This document shows, one piece after another, positions 1 to 9,535 of a stretch of DNA of 51,670 bases (its first letter is position 1; each line of letters begins with the position of its first letter). Source of the DNA: Flavobacterium sp. (GTDB taxonomy: Bacteria; Bacteroidota; Bacteroidia; Flavobacteriales; Flavobacteriaceae); the NCBI GenBank assembly GCA_030150335.1, contig JASLGC010000328.1, positions 1 through 51,670 of the forward strand, given 5' to 3'. A program made the position numbers and the translations under genes. The notes below the pieces were generated by a model that worked only from the letters and a program-made list of their open reading frames with translations, searched no databases and was not told the origin of the DNA.

Positions 1-141
1 AAAGATTTAACATTGACTGTTGATGATTATATCAAGAAGATAGATTCTTTGATTGATGAGGGGCATGTTATATTTGTTGAGGCTAATCCTTTTTCTTATT
101 TAGGAAAGGAGATTACCGTACTGCATACATATCTATTGGAT
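1..141. repeat. 141-bp exact terminal overlap (copy 1); circular assembly
   Basis: 1-141 (AAAGATTTAACATTG...TCTATTGGAT) is identical to 51530-51670, and an ORF reads in frame across the junction. Confidence 0.97.
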
Positions 142-294
142 CATTTAATAATTTCAAATAATGGAATTGAAGACCTATCTGATAGTGATAGCAAAATAGT
201 TTTCGATTATGTCGATAAGAAATATATTGAATCTGAATCTAATAGACAACAAAAGATAAGAACAACTCACTACAACTACATAAAAGATATATGA
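1..294 (+). CDS. 3' part of a 144-aa hypothetical protein that starts at 51389 and crosses the circular junction
   Basis: ORF 13..294 is in frame with the ATG at 51389 when position 51530 is equated with position 1. Confidence 0.8.
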   Translation, partial: KDLTLTVDDYIKKIDSLIDEGHVIFVEANPFSYLGKEITVLHTYLLDHLIISNNGIEDLSDSDSKIVFDYVDKKYIESESNRQQKIRTTHYNYIKDI

Positions 295-539
295 AAACAC
301 CAAATAGATTCGAAATAGAGCTTTTTATTAGTGAATATCAAAGTCTAAGCAAAGATTTATTAGACAGTCTTTCAAAGTTTGGTTCAGATGTAATCTATAC
401 AATGAAGGAAAAAGGAGTTTCTAAAGATTTTGACTTCCCAGAAATGGCTAGAGATACTTTTATACGGAAGATTGATACATTTATTGGAGGAATTAAAGCA
501 ACAGAAGAGGCATATAATATTTTAAAAGAAAAAAAATGA
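291..539 (+). CDS. hypothetical protein (82 aa)
   Basis: ORF with ATGA overlaps to both neighbours. Confidence 0.75.
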   Translation: MKTPNRFEIELFISEYQSLSKDLLDSLSKFGSDVIYTMKEKGVSKDFDFPEMARDTFIRKIDTFIGGIKATEEAYNILKEKK

Positions 540-685
540 AACACCTACTAATAATACTCATATCACTTTTAGTACTAGCGTACTTATTCGTAATCGTTAC
601 CGGAGTAGCGACATTTACGGAGTCATCATTGCTGATAATCGCAATTGTAACAACATACAATGCAACAAAAAAAGGGGCTTCATAA
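536..685 (+). CDS. small hydrophobic membrane protein (49 aa, MKHLLIILISLLVLAYLFVIV...)
   Basis: Manually translated; ATGA-coupled to the upstream gene; long hydrophobic stretch. Confidence 0.6.
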   Translation: MKHLLIILISLLVLAYLFVIVTGVATFTESSLLIIAIVTTYNATKKGAS

Positions 686-695
686 AGAAACCCCT
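667..695 (-). terminator. probable intrinsic terminator between convergent transcripts
   Basis: AGGGG(673-677)/CCCCT(691-695) stem with A-tract 667-673 (U-tract on the minus strand). Confidence 0.5.
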
Positions 696-760
696 AAAAA
701 ACAATAATTATGAATACCTTTTGTTATTAGACACCACTAATATATAACATAATTTCGTAA

Positions 761-1711
761 TTACAAATTATTTTCAATTACTTTTTTATTTGGTCCATAC
801 CAATACATCTTTTTAGCTCTTCCCGTTTTAACATAGTCAACCAACTGAGAAGGTAAATTATTGATTAATCCTGCTTCTTTTCTTAGTGCATTTACGTTTT
901 CTTTTGTATCCTCACCACGAGCTACTAGCTTATTGTACTTATCTATATACTCACGCTTCATTAGTATAGGTGTTTTGATACAGAGGCAATTCGGATGAAA
1001 TCCCGACCACTGAAACGTATTAGGATAAACCCCTTGCATAGTAACGCAAAGCTCACATCTGGCTTTTACACCTTTTGCGCGCGTCTTACTTACTTCAATT
1101 TTATAACCTAAAACAATAGGGTTTTTATTCCAATTCTTTTGATCCGCCGTTCTATAACTTGCATTCACTTCCGTACGTACCACACGCATAGCATTTTTTA
1201 TAGGAGACTTGTATATACCTGGTGCAGGTTCTTTTGTAAATGGGTTGATTAAGGCTTCTTTAATGTCTTTTGCTATTTCATAAGCCGGCCTACCGTCTTT
1301 TATCCCATCCAATAGACCGCGTTTAATAATCTTTCTAGCTTGCTTTGTTTGTTCCCAAATCCTATCGCTTAAAGTAAGACCGCCCTTTGTCCTATTGATG
1401 AAAGTATTTAACGCGTCAATATTAGCATCGTAAATAATTCTTTTTACTCTTGGCGGCAATTCTACATTTCTAAACTTAACATCCATTAAAGCAAAGGTCA
1501 CTTTATTGCTGTCATCCCAAGCTTTAGCAATACCCGATTCAACGCGTTTAGTAACGTTGTTTCTAAAGTTCTGCATTTCCTTAGAAAGCATTTCCATTAG
1601 TAAAGCTTCTGGAATAGCACTTTCAGCTAAGGGCGCGAGTACTCCCAATACCCGCGCGTATTCCCTTATAATATACCTTTCTATTAAATTTTCTTCTTTA
1701 GTGTTGTTCAT
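761..1711 (-). CDS. minor head / head morphogenesis protein (SPP1 gp7 / MuF-like)
   Basis: RVVRTEVNASY and CxxC...FHPNCLC motifs; directly downstream of the portal gene. Confidence 0.85.
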   Translation of the reverse strand: MNNTKEENLIERYIIREYARVLGVLAPLAESAIPEALLMEMLSKEMQNFRNNVTKRVESGIAKAWDDSNKVTFALMDVKFRNVELPPRVKRIIYDANIDALNTFINRTKGGLTLSDRIWEQTKQARKIIKRGLLDGIKDGRPAYEIAKDIKEALINPFTKEPAPGIYKSPIKNAMRVVRTEVNASYRTADQKNWNKNPIVLGYKIEVSKTRAKGVKARCELCVTMQGVYPNTFQWSGFHPNCLCIKTPILMKREYIDKYNKLVARGEDTKENVNALRKEAGLINNLPSQLVDYVKTGRAKKMYWYGPNKKVIENNL

Positions 1712-3096
1712 ACCTCTTCTTCTTCCTCAGCTTGAGTAAAACTAAGTGATCCGTTTTCCTCAAGTATACGCTGGTATTCTTCCTCTCCGTTGCCTTCAAC
1801 GATTGGATTGTTCATTACAGCCGTCTGCTGAGACATCAAACCAGCTTGGTAAGCAACTGTAAGCGTGTCAACAGTAGCACGTATATCGTTAAATCTAAAA
1901 GCATCTAGCTCGAACCAAATATCGAAGCTATCAATACCTGCTAAAGAAGAGTCTATATGCTGAGCGCCTGCAATCTGTAGGTTTATATCTCGTTGGGTAA
2001 TCTCACCATAAACACCATCTATAATATCGTTAGCCCCTAGTTGAGCATCTAAAAACACTCTATCCATACCAACACCTGTAATACCACCTAAACCCTTCAT
2101 TTGCTCGAATGATATGTCAGGAGTTTGCGTACAACTAAATATAAGCTCCTTTAACGTTGTAAGCTCTAATTTAATTGCGTCTGGCGCGCTATCCCAAGAT
2201 AGATACTGTAAATCTGCTCCCTCTTCTAGCTCAAATGTCTTCCCTCTTTCTCCGCGTGTTGCAAATCCTTTTATCTCACCTGTTGCTTTTAATATTGGTG
2301 AACCGTTATAATCGATAGTGTCCGCAAAATTGCTGATAAGCGTTTCGAATCTATTGATAATAGGTTGTACATCATTCCAAATAGTTTCCTCCATTTCGTA
2401 GTATGAAATAGGAATCTTCCCAAACTCGTTTTTACCGCTAAGCTCCGAAAGCTCGTTGTTAACATATACGTTGATATACTCGTTAGTAAACACCTCTGTA
2501 ACGTTATCGTCATTTGTGTTGGTATACTTACGAATAAACATAGCCATGCTTCCAAACTCGTCGAAAACAGGAATAAGCGTGTCACCTAAGCTTGGAGCTA
2601 TAACCTTAACACGCATTCTTAGTTTAGAATTTCCGTGGTTTAATTCTCCGTACTGCTTTTTGTCAGTCTTTTCGAAGTAATACAATTTAGCTACTTGAAG
2701 ATCTCGCAATAGCTTCTTAGCGACTACAACCTCCTTGTACATAATCTTATTATCTTCACGAATCTTATTAACAAACTTATATAAACGCTCTTCTGGTGTA
2801 TCATGTTCGAAGTCAGCAACCAAACGAATATTTTTCACGTTCATAAAAGCAACCCTACGATTGACTATAATATTCTGAAAAGGAACAGGAATACGATTAA
2901 CGTCTTCTATTTTAGTTTTTGTGATTTCCTTACCTTCGTCGTCAAGTTCGCCCGTTGGTACTACTACTTTTTTATCAGGTCTATAAGCTGTTAGCATTAC
3001 ACGGTGCGTATCAACGTTTAATTGATCCTTAGCGTTGTTGTATGCAAGTTGTTGCTGTGGGTTCTGTGTTATTTCTAATGGGTTTGTATTTTCCAT
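1708..3096 (-). CDS. portal protein (SPP1 gp6-like)
   Basis: 462 aa after the terminase; NEFGKIPISYY, LISNFADTIDYNGSPIL, CTQTPDISF and GLMSQQTA motifs; acidic tail. Confidence 0.9.
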   Translation of the reverse strand: MENTNPLEITQNPQQQLAYNNAKDQLNVDTHRVMLTAYRPDKKVVVPTGELDDEGKEITKTKIEDVNRIPVPFQNIIVNRRVAFMNVKNIRLVADFEHDTPEERLYKFVNKIREDNKIMYKEVVVAKKLLRDLQVAKLYYFEKTDKKQYGELNHGNSKLRMRVKVIAPSLGDTLIPVFDEFGSMAMFIRKYTNTNDDNVTEVFTNEYINVYVNNELSELSGKNEFGKIPISYYEMEETIWNDVQPIINRFETLISNFADTIDYNGSPILKATGEIKGFATRGERGKTFELEEGADLQYLSWDSAPDAIKLELTTLKELIFSCTQTPDISFEQMKGLGGITGVGMDRVFLDAQLGANDIIDGVYGEITQRDINLQIAGAQHIDSSLAGIDSFDIWFELDAFRFNDIRATVDTLTVAYQAGLMSQQTAVMNNPIVEGNGEEEYQRILEENGSLSFTQAEEEEEV

Positions 3097-3099
3097 GGG

Positions 3100-3441
3100 T
3101 TATTTAGTTATTCCGTAATTGTACTTTTTGTCTATTTGGCGAAGGAAAAACTTTGAATACTTGTTTAAGTTATCCTTAGACTCTTTACATATTCCTTGAT
3201 ACTGTGCCGTTCTGACCTTAATAAACATATCATTCGCGTTAGCAAAATAGTCTGTAAAATAAAGCCTATACCATGCTCTTATCAATGACTTTTTAATCAA
3301 GAACTCAAAAAACTCAATTAAGTATACGCCTATGTAAAGCGGTATACCAAACAAGAATACTAAAATACCATATTTTAAACTGTCCTGACTACCCGCCAAG
3401 AACGCGTTAACAATAAAATAAATGTAAATCAAATGTATCAT
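3100..3441 (-). CDS. hypothetical membrane protein
   Basis: Two N-terminal hydrophobic segments; lies between terL and portal. Confidence 0.65.
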   Translation of the reverse strand: MIHLIYIYFIVNAFLAGSQDSLKYGILVFLFGIPLYIGVYLIEFFEFLIKKSLIRAWYRLYFTDYFANANDMFIKVRTAQYQGICKESKDNLNKYSKFFLRQIDKKYNYGITK

Positions 3442-3536
3442 ACAAATTTTACTTTAATACTATCAAAAATAAAAGCAATAATATGCTTTCTATATGCTTT
3501 CTTTCTTTTACGTGGCAAGTCGCATTCAACTCGCAT
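3438..3536 (-). CDS. small basic protein (32 aa, MRVECDLPRKRKKAY...)
   Basis: Manually translated; fills the gap and overlaps the 3441 start (ATGA). Confidence 0.45.
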   Translation of the reverse strand: MRVECDLPRKRKKAYRKHIIAFIFDSIKVKFV

Positions 3537-3537
3537 A

Positions 3538-3744
3538 TTACCGTTTTTGCTTCTCAATAACATTTTCAATTATATAATCTATGCATTCATTTTCAGTTCT
3601 AAAATAATATATAAGCCCCGTGTCACGCCTTACCACCTTAAAGTATAATGACAAATGTACGTAATAACCTTCAAATTCATGAAGAATATTGCATTTATCG
3701 TCGGCTATATCATTAGCTAATACCTTATTATATAATTCAAGCAT
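3538..3744 (-). CDS. hypothetical protein
   Basis: 68-aa ORF coupled to the terL stop (TAATG). Confidence 0.6.
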   Translation of the reverse strand: MLELYNKVLANDIADDKCNILHEFEGYYVHLSLYFKVVRRDTGLIYYFRTENECIDYIIENVIEKQKR

Positions 3745-5096
3745 TAGGCTAAATTAGCCAATAATTTTGAGTTTCCCGTTCTTTTTGGTAAATACTCGAA
3801 CCATGCACGCATCATTACTGCATCTGATAAATCGGGAGACCTTCCAAGTAGTGATTTAACAATCTCTTTTGGTACTATAGCCTTCTTGCCGTCCTTATCC
3901 ATGTTGTGTTGCTTAACTTGCTCTAGCTCTTCTATAAGCATTGTTTTGTCATCCACTCCGCAACTAGAAATATACATGTCTCCTGCGTTTATTATTTCAG
4001 ACAATTTGTAATAACATTGACTCTTAAGGTTTACGAAGTTTTCTTCTTTTAATGCTCTGCTACCGTTTAAAAAACCTCTGCATTTCAGTTGATCAACAAC
4101 ACCACCACCTACACCATCCTCGTCACAAATTACATTCTTTATATCTACTCTATGTTTTATTCTAATTTCCTTAATCTTATTAGCAACCTGCACGGTGTCT
4201 AATTTAGTGTACCTATGTATTTCAACAGCTACCCAACCGGACCAAACAATAACAATAGTGCTATCTGCTCCAAACCTGGCTATATCGGCAGTAATGTATT
4301 TAATACCTCCAACCACATGTCTATTTGTGAATATATTGTTAATAGAATCAAAATCCATTAATGCGCTTGGATCATCATCATACTCAAAGTTGCCTTCAAT
4401 AAGACGCTCGATTGTAACCCTGTCCGAAGTAGCTCTAATATCCCTTATATAATCTTCTACCTCTGGGCTTGGGTTATCTTTAGGGAGTGCCGGTATAAAA
4501 ATATGCTGATCAAGTTCTTCACCTTCCTTGTGTGGCTTATAATACCTTGTGTAAACATGGTTCTTTGCAGGGTTAAACGTTTCTAACAACTTCTTTTTTA
4601 AACCATACTTAGCATTATTCCTACGTCCTAAACGAGTAAATAAAATCTTAATAGCTTCATAGCTAGTTTCTGCACTTTCATCTACAGCTGCCCCTGTAAG
4701 CTCCAATCCTCCAAATCTAGTATATAAAGGGTCGCTCGGTTGATATGCTGTATCTATCAAGAAAATAACACTACCATTGTAAAATGTGATAGTGTTATCC
4801 TGCTGATTGTAATTGTAGTGTTCGTCCTTTTTTATTCCGCTTTCCCCAAACACTTTGAACAACGTTAACAAAGTTGTTTTCTTAAGAGTAGTTAAAGCCT
4901 TACGACCTAAACCCCAAGCTGTATCGGGATAAGCTAAGCACATTGTCGTTAGCCAATAACAAAGAAGATAACTTTTACCAGAGAATGCACCACCTCCGTA
5001 ACCTATAAAAAGCGTATCTTCATCCTGTAACCTTTCCCATGCCAGGAACTGCTTTAACGAAGGTGTAAAGTTTATGTTTATACCTGCCCCATGCAT
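3744..5096 (-). CDS. terL: terminase large subunit
   Basis: Walker A GGGAFSGKS, Walker B AAVDES, coupling motif TFNP, nuclease motifs TADIAR and RSPDLSDA. Confidence 0.95.
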   Translation of the reverse strand: MHGAGININFTPSLKQFLAWERLQDEDTLFIGYGGGAFSGKSYLLCYWLTTMCLAYPDTAWGLGRKALTTLKKTTLLTLFKVFGESGIKKDEHYNYNQQDNTITFYNGSVIFLIDTAYQPSDPLYTRFGGLELTGAAVDESAETSYEAIKILFTRLGRRNNAKYGLKKKLLETFNPAKNHVYTRYYKPHKEGEELDQHIFIPALPKDNPSPEVEDYIRDIRATSDRVTIERLIEGNFEYDDDPSALMDFDSINNIFTNRHVVGGIKYITADIARFGADSTIVIVWSGWVAVEIHRYTKLDTVQVANKIKEIRIKHRVDIKNVICDEDGVGGGVVDQLKCRGFLNGSRALKEENFVNLKSQCYYKLSEIINAGDMYISSCGVDDKTMLIEELEQVKQHNMDKDGKKAIVPKEIVKSLLGRSPDLSDAVMMRAWFEYLPKRTGNSKLLANLA

Positions 5097-5308
5097 TATT
5101 TACGCTTATTCATTTCGGTATTTATAAAATCAATTATTTCGCTTAAACATTTTGTATCAAATATTGTATTTGGGTAAGTATGAAAGCAATACTTTCTCCA
5201 AGGGGCATGCCATTTAATAACTCCAATTGTTTCACCTGACAAATTATTAATACAAAACCTTTTTGTTTTACCTGCGCTATATTCTTCTTTAAATACTAAA
5301 TATCCCAT
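5096..5308 (-). CDS. hypothetical protein between terS and terL
   Basis: 70-aa ORF with a TAATG overlap to terL. Confidence 0.65.
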   Translation of the reverse strand: MGYLVFKEEYSAGKTKRFCINNLSGETIGVIKWHAPWRKYCFHTYPNTIFDTKCLSEIIDFINTEMNKRK

Positions 5309-5311
5309 GCA

Positions 5312-5764
5312 TTACTCAGGTTTAACAATATTAATAACAGGAGCTTGGAACGCTTCACCATCGTTAGTGTGGTTATGATCTTGCTTATCTCTCCATTTTT
5401 TAGGCTGTCTATTCTTTAACCAAAAGATAGCACTAGTTGGATCAGGTGGATAATGTTTGGTGTATTCTGTTTCGATGATGTTGCCCTCAAACATTTTAAT
5501 ATCAACATCTGGATGCTTGTAGCCCATAGCTCTATTATACAAAGAAGCGGCAACATTTGCATCCGCAACCTCTTTACCATTTTTTAAGGACTCCGAAAAG
5601 GAAGGATGCTCTAATTTCCAAAGGTTAATAGTAGATTCAGCTACATCAAAGAATTTAGCTAGTTCTACATCTGTATGACCAAGTAAGCAAAGTTTATACG
5701 CTTGCTCGTCGTATTCCTGTTTATATTTGGTAGGCCTACCACCTACATTAATTTCCTCTTCCAT
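5312..5764 (-). CDS. terS: terminase small subunit
   Basis: GRPTKY, an HTH (LAKFFDVAESTINLWK) and PPDPTSAIFWLKNRQPKKWRDK; upstream of terL. Confidence 0.88.
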   Translation of the reverse strand: MEEEINVGGRPTKYKQEYDEQAYKLCLLGHTDVELAKFFDVAESTINLWKLEHPSFSESLKNGKEVADANVAASLYNRAMGYKHPDVDIKMFEGNIIETEYTKHYPPDPTSAIFWLKNRQPKKWRDKQDHNHTNDGEAFQAPVINIVKPE

Positions 5765-6161
5765 CTTTTGCCATTTTAATCATTAAATCAACATCATTTT
5801 TAAACCGTTTATTCTTGTATCGCATTAATGCTACTGTAAGGATCGTTGAAACTTGCCTTTCAGACTTTAGCCCTAAAGCTGCTTTTATACCAGACCTTAC
5901 ACCTTGTGCTAATGTTAACCCTCCTGTTAGAGTCTCAGGTGAATATAAGCCTGCTATCATACAAATAAACTTCTCCCTAAGTCTTAACTCATCCCCTGAA
6001 AAAGTATCCTTAAAACTGCTGTAAATAGCCGGTATGTCTTTCGGATTGTTTTTACTACGTTCTAAGCGCTTGGAAATATCAGTGAACAAATTAAGGTGCT
6101 CCCTTTCTAAAGTTCTAGCTATCGAAAGCGCTTTACGGTAAGATAGTCTCTTTTCCGACAT
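5748..6161 (-). CDS. hypothetical protein, possibly DNA-binding (start taken at MSEKR)
   Basis: Basic, helical 137-aa ORF just upstream of the packaging genes. Confidence 0.55.
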   Translation of the reverse strand: MSEKRLSYRKALSIARTLEREHLNLFTDISKRLERSKNNPKDIPAIYSSFKDTFSGDELRLREKFICMIAGLYSPETLTGGLTLAQGVRSGIKAALGLKSERQVSTILTVALMRYKNKRFKNDVDLMIKMAKDGRGN

Positions 6162-6588
6162 ATTCGTATATTTTATTTTTAAAAGTTTCAAAATCTGAAA
6201 TTACGTCAAATGTTCCTCCTTGGCTTATAACTTGCTCTCCAAATGTTATTTGCTCTTTGCTTAGCGTATCTTTCCCGACCTTGATATCAAAAGCGTGTAA
6301 ACGTCCATTGTGATACAAAGTTAAGTCTGTAACACCTTTCACTACTCCGATAGCCTTACGGCGTGACAGATGTGCGGATAGGCGTTTTTTAACTATTGCT
6401 GTTAACTTATGAGCAAGACTCTTATCATGCTTTGCTATCTGGTCCAAAAGAAACGAATCCTGTGGAACTTCGTTTGGGGTATGCCAAAGCAATTGTCTAA
6501 GGTTTGGATAATAATTCCAAAACCATAAGAAGCATTTTGATTGTAATTGATCGTGTCCCATTGATGTAAAGATACTGCTTTTTAGCAT
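6133..6588 (-). CDS. VRR-NUC-type nuclease / Holliday-junction resolvase-like protein
   Basis: H-x-PNE, GVVKGVTDL, FDIK and LSKEQ motifs. Confidence 0.8.
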   Translation of the reverse strand: MLKSSIFTSMGHDQLQSKCFLWFWNYYPNLRQLLWHTPNEVPQDSFLLDQIAKHDKSLAHKLTAIVKKRLSAHLSRRKAIGVVKGVTDLTLYHNGRLHAFDIKVGKDTLSKEQITFGEQVISQGGTFDVISDFETFKNKIYEYVGKETILP

Positions 6589-6599
6589 GGTTTCAAAAA

Positions 6600-7160
6600 A
6601 AAGTTGATGACAAACCTTGACACCTTGTGACAGACCTGTTTTGTCACGATTTTAGTGGGTTTAAAGTACTTTAAAGGCGGTTTTTTAGCCAAATGACAAA
6701 ACTCACCCCTATTTTCATAACTTTTCTATAGGAGTAAACTTTTTAAAAATGTAATCATTATTATGTGTTGCTTATAACGATATATATACTTTTACTCTTC
6801 TAGATACTTTTACAATAATTATATATAAAGTTTGTCATTAGTATAAAAAAGAGTGTTTAAATAGGTTTAAAGGCATATTTTTTTGACAAAGCAGGTTTGT
6901 CAAATTTAAGGCTGTTTTGTCCATTAGTTGATAATCAAGTAGTTATAATGACAAAGTTGATAGCGAAAATAGGTGAGTTTTGTCAAAAACTTGAAAAAAG
7001 GTGAGAAATTGTTCTAGTAGCGCAATTAAGTTGCATTTACCATTTAATTATAAGTTAAGGAAAAACGCCATTTTTATGCAAACATGCATAAATTGTGAAG
7101 TAGCAAAAACAAGAAAAACTCCAAAATCGGAGTTTTCTCAAAAAAAAGTTTGTCACGAGG
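6600..7160. promoter_or_regulatory. putative replication origin with TGACAAA/TTTGTCA repeats
   Basis: Largest non-coding gap in the early region; about 12 TGACA(AA) copies in both orientations around an AT-rich core. Confidence 0.6.
7115..7136 (-). terminator. intrinsic terminator
   Basis: AAAACTCC/GGAGTTTT inverted repeat below the 7163 stop. Confidence 0.55.
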
Positions 7161-7162
7161 GG

Positions 7163-7708
7163 TTAATATGAAATTACTTTTTTTATGTAGTTTACGTCTC
7201 TTTCTGATGAAAAAAACGCGAAGTTTTTACCTTGCGCGAAGGTTATGTATTCTCTTTCATTTCCTATATTTTGCAAACCTTCACCTAATATAAAATAAGG
7301 TGTTCTGTAAAATACTATGGTGAATGGTTGTTTGTAGTCTACTGCGTTTGTAGCTGAACAGAACTCATCACTATAATCTAGCATCACCACGCTACCCGTT
7401 TTTAAATTATCATAGTTTATATTGTGATGCGCTTCCCATTCTTGAAACCGCTTGTAATCCTCAATAGGTATTGAAATGTACGTCGGTGAAGGGTGTAGTA
7501 GTTGTTCTAGTTGATCGAGGGTTATAAGGTCGGAGAATATAGGTTGTCTGTAAGCTTCATACCATTTTAAGCCATTACCTAAATTGTCAAGTTCTATATA
7601 CTTATTTTTAAAATTCACTTTGGAGTAAAAAGCCATCCCCTTAGTTAACTCCAAGAAACGCTCCTTATCCAAATTAGCTGTTTCTAAATAAATGTTTTTT
7701 AATTCCAT
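7163..7708 (-). CDS. hypothetical protein; N-terminus paralogous to 44217..44531
   Basis: Shares LDKERF.ELTKGM.F...NKYIE...ITLD.LE.LLH with that ORF. Confidence 0.75.
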   Translation of the reverse strand: MELKNIYLETANLDKERFLELTKGMAFYSKVNFKNKYIELDNLGNGLKWYEAYRQPIFSDLITLDQLEQLLHPSPTYISIPIEDYKRFQEWEAHHNINYDNLKTGSVVMLDYSDEFCSATNAVDYKQPFTIVFYRTPYFILGEGLQNIGNEREYITFAQGKNFAFFSSERDVNYIKKVISY

Positions 7709-7712
7709 GCCT

Positions 7713-8078
7713 TTATTTGTTTTCGTGTATATTGCCTATTATTTCAACTGTTACGCATTCTTGAATCCAATCTGTACCATAATCCCCCTCCGTGGCTATA
7801 AAAGCGTTCTCAGAATATTCAACATTTAAAACGAAAGGATCTTTGAAGTAGTCGAATTTTCCAATTATTTTATCCCCCTCATAAATATCAACTCCGTTTT
7901 TATCTTTCAACCCTGTTAATTGCCCTACTGACTCGGGGATTACTTCTGTTGTTCGTCTAACGCCATTATCGAACCAGTCAATCAAATATTTATTATTTGG
8001 TTCTATTATTAAACTTCCAATAACAAAATCATTGGATAAACCATCAGTTCGTAGACCTCTAAATTTAATTTCTCTCAT
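7713..8078 (-). CDS. YopX-family protein
   Basis: MREIKFRG, GQLTGLKDKNGVDIYEGD and EIIGNIHEN. Confidence 0.9.
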   Translation of the reverse strand: MREIKFRGLRTDGLSNDFVIGSLIIEPNNKYLIDWFDNGVRRTTEVIPESVGQLTGLKDKNGVDIYEGDKIIGKFDYFKDPFVLNVEYSENAFIATEGDYGTDWIQECVTVEIIGNIHENK

Positions 8079-8080
8079 AG

Positions 8081-8500
8081 TTATAAAGTATTAATATCAA
8101 TCGCCAATCCTTTTTCGATAAGTCCGAACACGTCGAAGTGATTTTCTAGCAAAAACGGTATAACCATGTATGGCAGATGATCAACCATGCCTAACTCACA
8201 TTTTTCAAAAAAATCATCTTTGTCGAAGCAATCTGAGTCAGTAGATATGATGCTGTACCACATATATGTTATAAAGCACGAATCACCATTAAACCTCTTG
8301 GTTAAATCAGATAAGGGGCGTAGGATTGGTTTAAAATATAAGCTCCCATAAGCTCCATTTATTGTTTCTATAAATATTTGATTTCTAAACAATACTTTAT
8401 TTAATGAAAGAATTTCTAGAACATCATTACTTGTAATAATATAAACTTTCAACCCATAAGGCAAGTAAGGCGCAAGGTGTTTTAATTCTAATTTTTCCAT
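8081..8500 (-). CDS. hypothetical phage protein
   Basis: LAPYLPYGLK...KPILRPLSDL...HFDVFGLIEKGLAID; tightly packed with its neighbours. Confidence 0.75.
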   Translation of the reverse strand: MEKLELKHLAPYLPYGLKVYIITSNDVLEILSLNKVLFRNQIFIETINGAYGSLYFKPILRPLSDLTKRFNGDSCFITYMWYSIISTDSDCFDKDDFFEKCELGMVDHLPYMVIPFLLENHFDVFGLIEKGLAIDINTL

Positions 8501-8832
8501 TTTATTGATTCAAATTTTTGTTTAAATTCTTTGTTTGTTTCTAGGTAACCTTCATGTGCTTCCGTTAGGTACTTAACACTGCCGTGATCCGAAAGACCAA
8601 TACACTCACCTATCTGTCTTAATGTTAAGTTGGTGTTATTACGTAGCGTATACGCGATACATCGCCTACAGGAAGCTATATTTGCTTTTCTAGACCTAGA
8701 TATCACATCATCTTTAGTGATGTTAAAAACCTTAAAAAAGTGATTTGTAATACTAGATACCTTTCTTATGTTTTGAACTACGGGATTCTGTTGTACCTCT
8801 TCGGAAAGCCCCGCAAAAATATATGGGTTCAT
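8488..8832 (-). CDS. DnaA C-terminal (domain IV)-like HTH protein (start taken at MNPYIF)
   Basis: SRSRKANIASCRRCIAYTLR...LTLRQIGECIGLSDHGSVKY resembles the DnaA domain IV pattern R..IV.AR...SL..IG..FG..DH.TV. Confidence 0.7.
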   Translation of the reverse strand: MNPYIFAGLSEEVQQNPVVQNIRKVSSITNHFFKVFNITKDDVISRSRKANIASCRRCIAYTLRNNTNLTLRQIGECIGLSDHGSVKYLTEAHEGYLETNKEFKQKFESIKWKN

Positions 8833-8969
8833 TATTTTAATTTGTTTAGTATAAAGTTTGCACCGTCCTTGAATGGTTGAAGAATATCTGCCATATCGCA
8901 ATATCCTATAATACCACCACTTTCACTAGGCAACCTATCACTTACCTTTACTTCTCTGTATATTTTCAT
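8832..8969 (-). CDS. small hypothetical protein (45 aa, MKIYREVKVSDRLP...)
   Basis: Manually translated; fills the gap with TAATG coupling. Confidence 0.5.
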   Translation of the reverse strand: MKIYREVKVSDRLPSESGGIIGYCDMADILQPFKDGANFILNKLK

Positions 8970-8971
8970 AA

Positions 8972-9226
8972 CTATTTGTTTTTATTATCATTTATAAAAT
9001 CAACGAATTGCTGACAGTCTTTAGCAAAGTTTTCATTATGTGATTTCATTTCTAAATCTGATTTGTTGAATAATTTAATACACTTTTTACAGGTAACATA
9101 GTCTTTTAAGTTGGTTACATTTAAACTATCTTCTTGAAGATATGTACCACAGTAGCCTTTTTCAGAAGAGTCTTCACCATATTGATCATAAGTCGACATA
9201 AATGGATCGTAGTGTGTTTTACTCAT
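8972..9226 (-). CDS. hypothetical protein, possible Zn-binding (H...C...CxxC)
   Basis: KTHY...YCG...VTCKKC. Confidence 0.65.
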   Translation of the reverse strand: MSKTHYDPFMSTYDQYGEDSSEKGYCGTYLQEDSLNVTNLKDYVTCKKCIKLFNKSDLEMKSHNENFAKDCQQFVDFINDNKNK

Positions 9227-9533
9227 TGTCTTTACCTTTATTGATTAGTGATTCACTCATTTCTATAAGTTCTGAAGTGAACCATTTATCAGAACCATGA
9301 TGAAACTGTAATACCCATTCATTGAGCATATCCTCCAACTCCGCTATCCTTTCTTTCAATACTATTGTTTCGGTAGGGGCTTGAAATTGGGATGCGTAGC
9401 GTTTAGCGACTATATTCATTTTTCTAGTCACGCTAGATTTAGTTTTAGCTAACTCTTCAAGTTGTCCCCAACTATCAAAAAAGCACTCTTTCGCTACATC
9501 TTTTTTTATCTGTTCTATTGATTTAATTTCCAT
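9219..9533 (-). CDS. hypothetical protein
   Basis: ORF track; operon packing. Confidence 0.65.
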   Translation of the reverse strand: MEIKSIEQIKKDVAKECFFDSWGQLEELAKTKSSVTRKMNIVAKRYASQFQAPTETIVLKERIAELEDMLNEWVLQFHHGSDKWFTSELIEMSESLINKGKDNE

Positions 9534-9535
9534 GA

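Noticed and set aside
1..141. Biological direct terminal repeat
   Set aside because: It falls in the middle of a gene, and 141 equals a commonly used assembler k-mer, so it is best read as a circular-assembly overlap.
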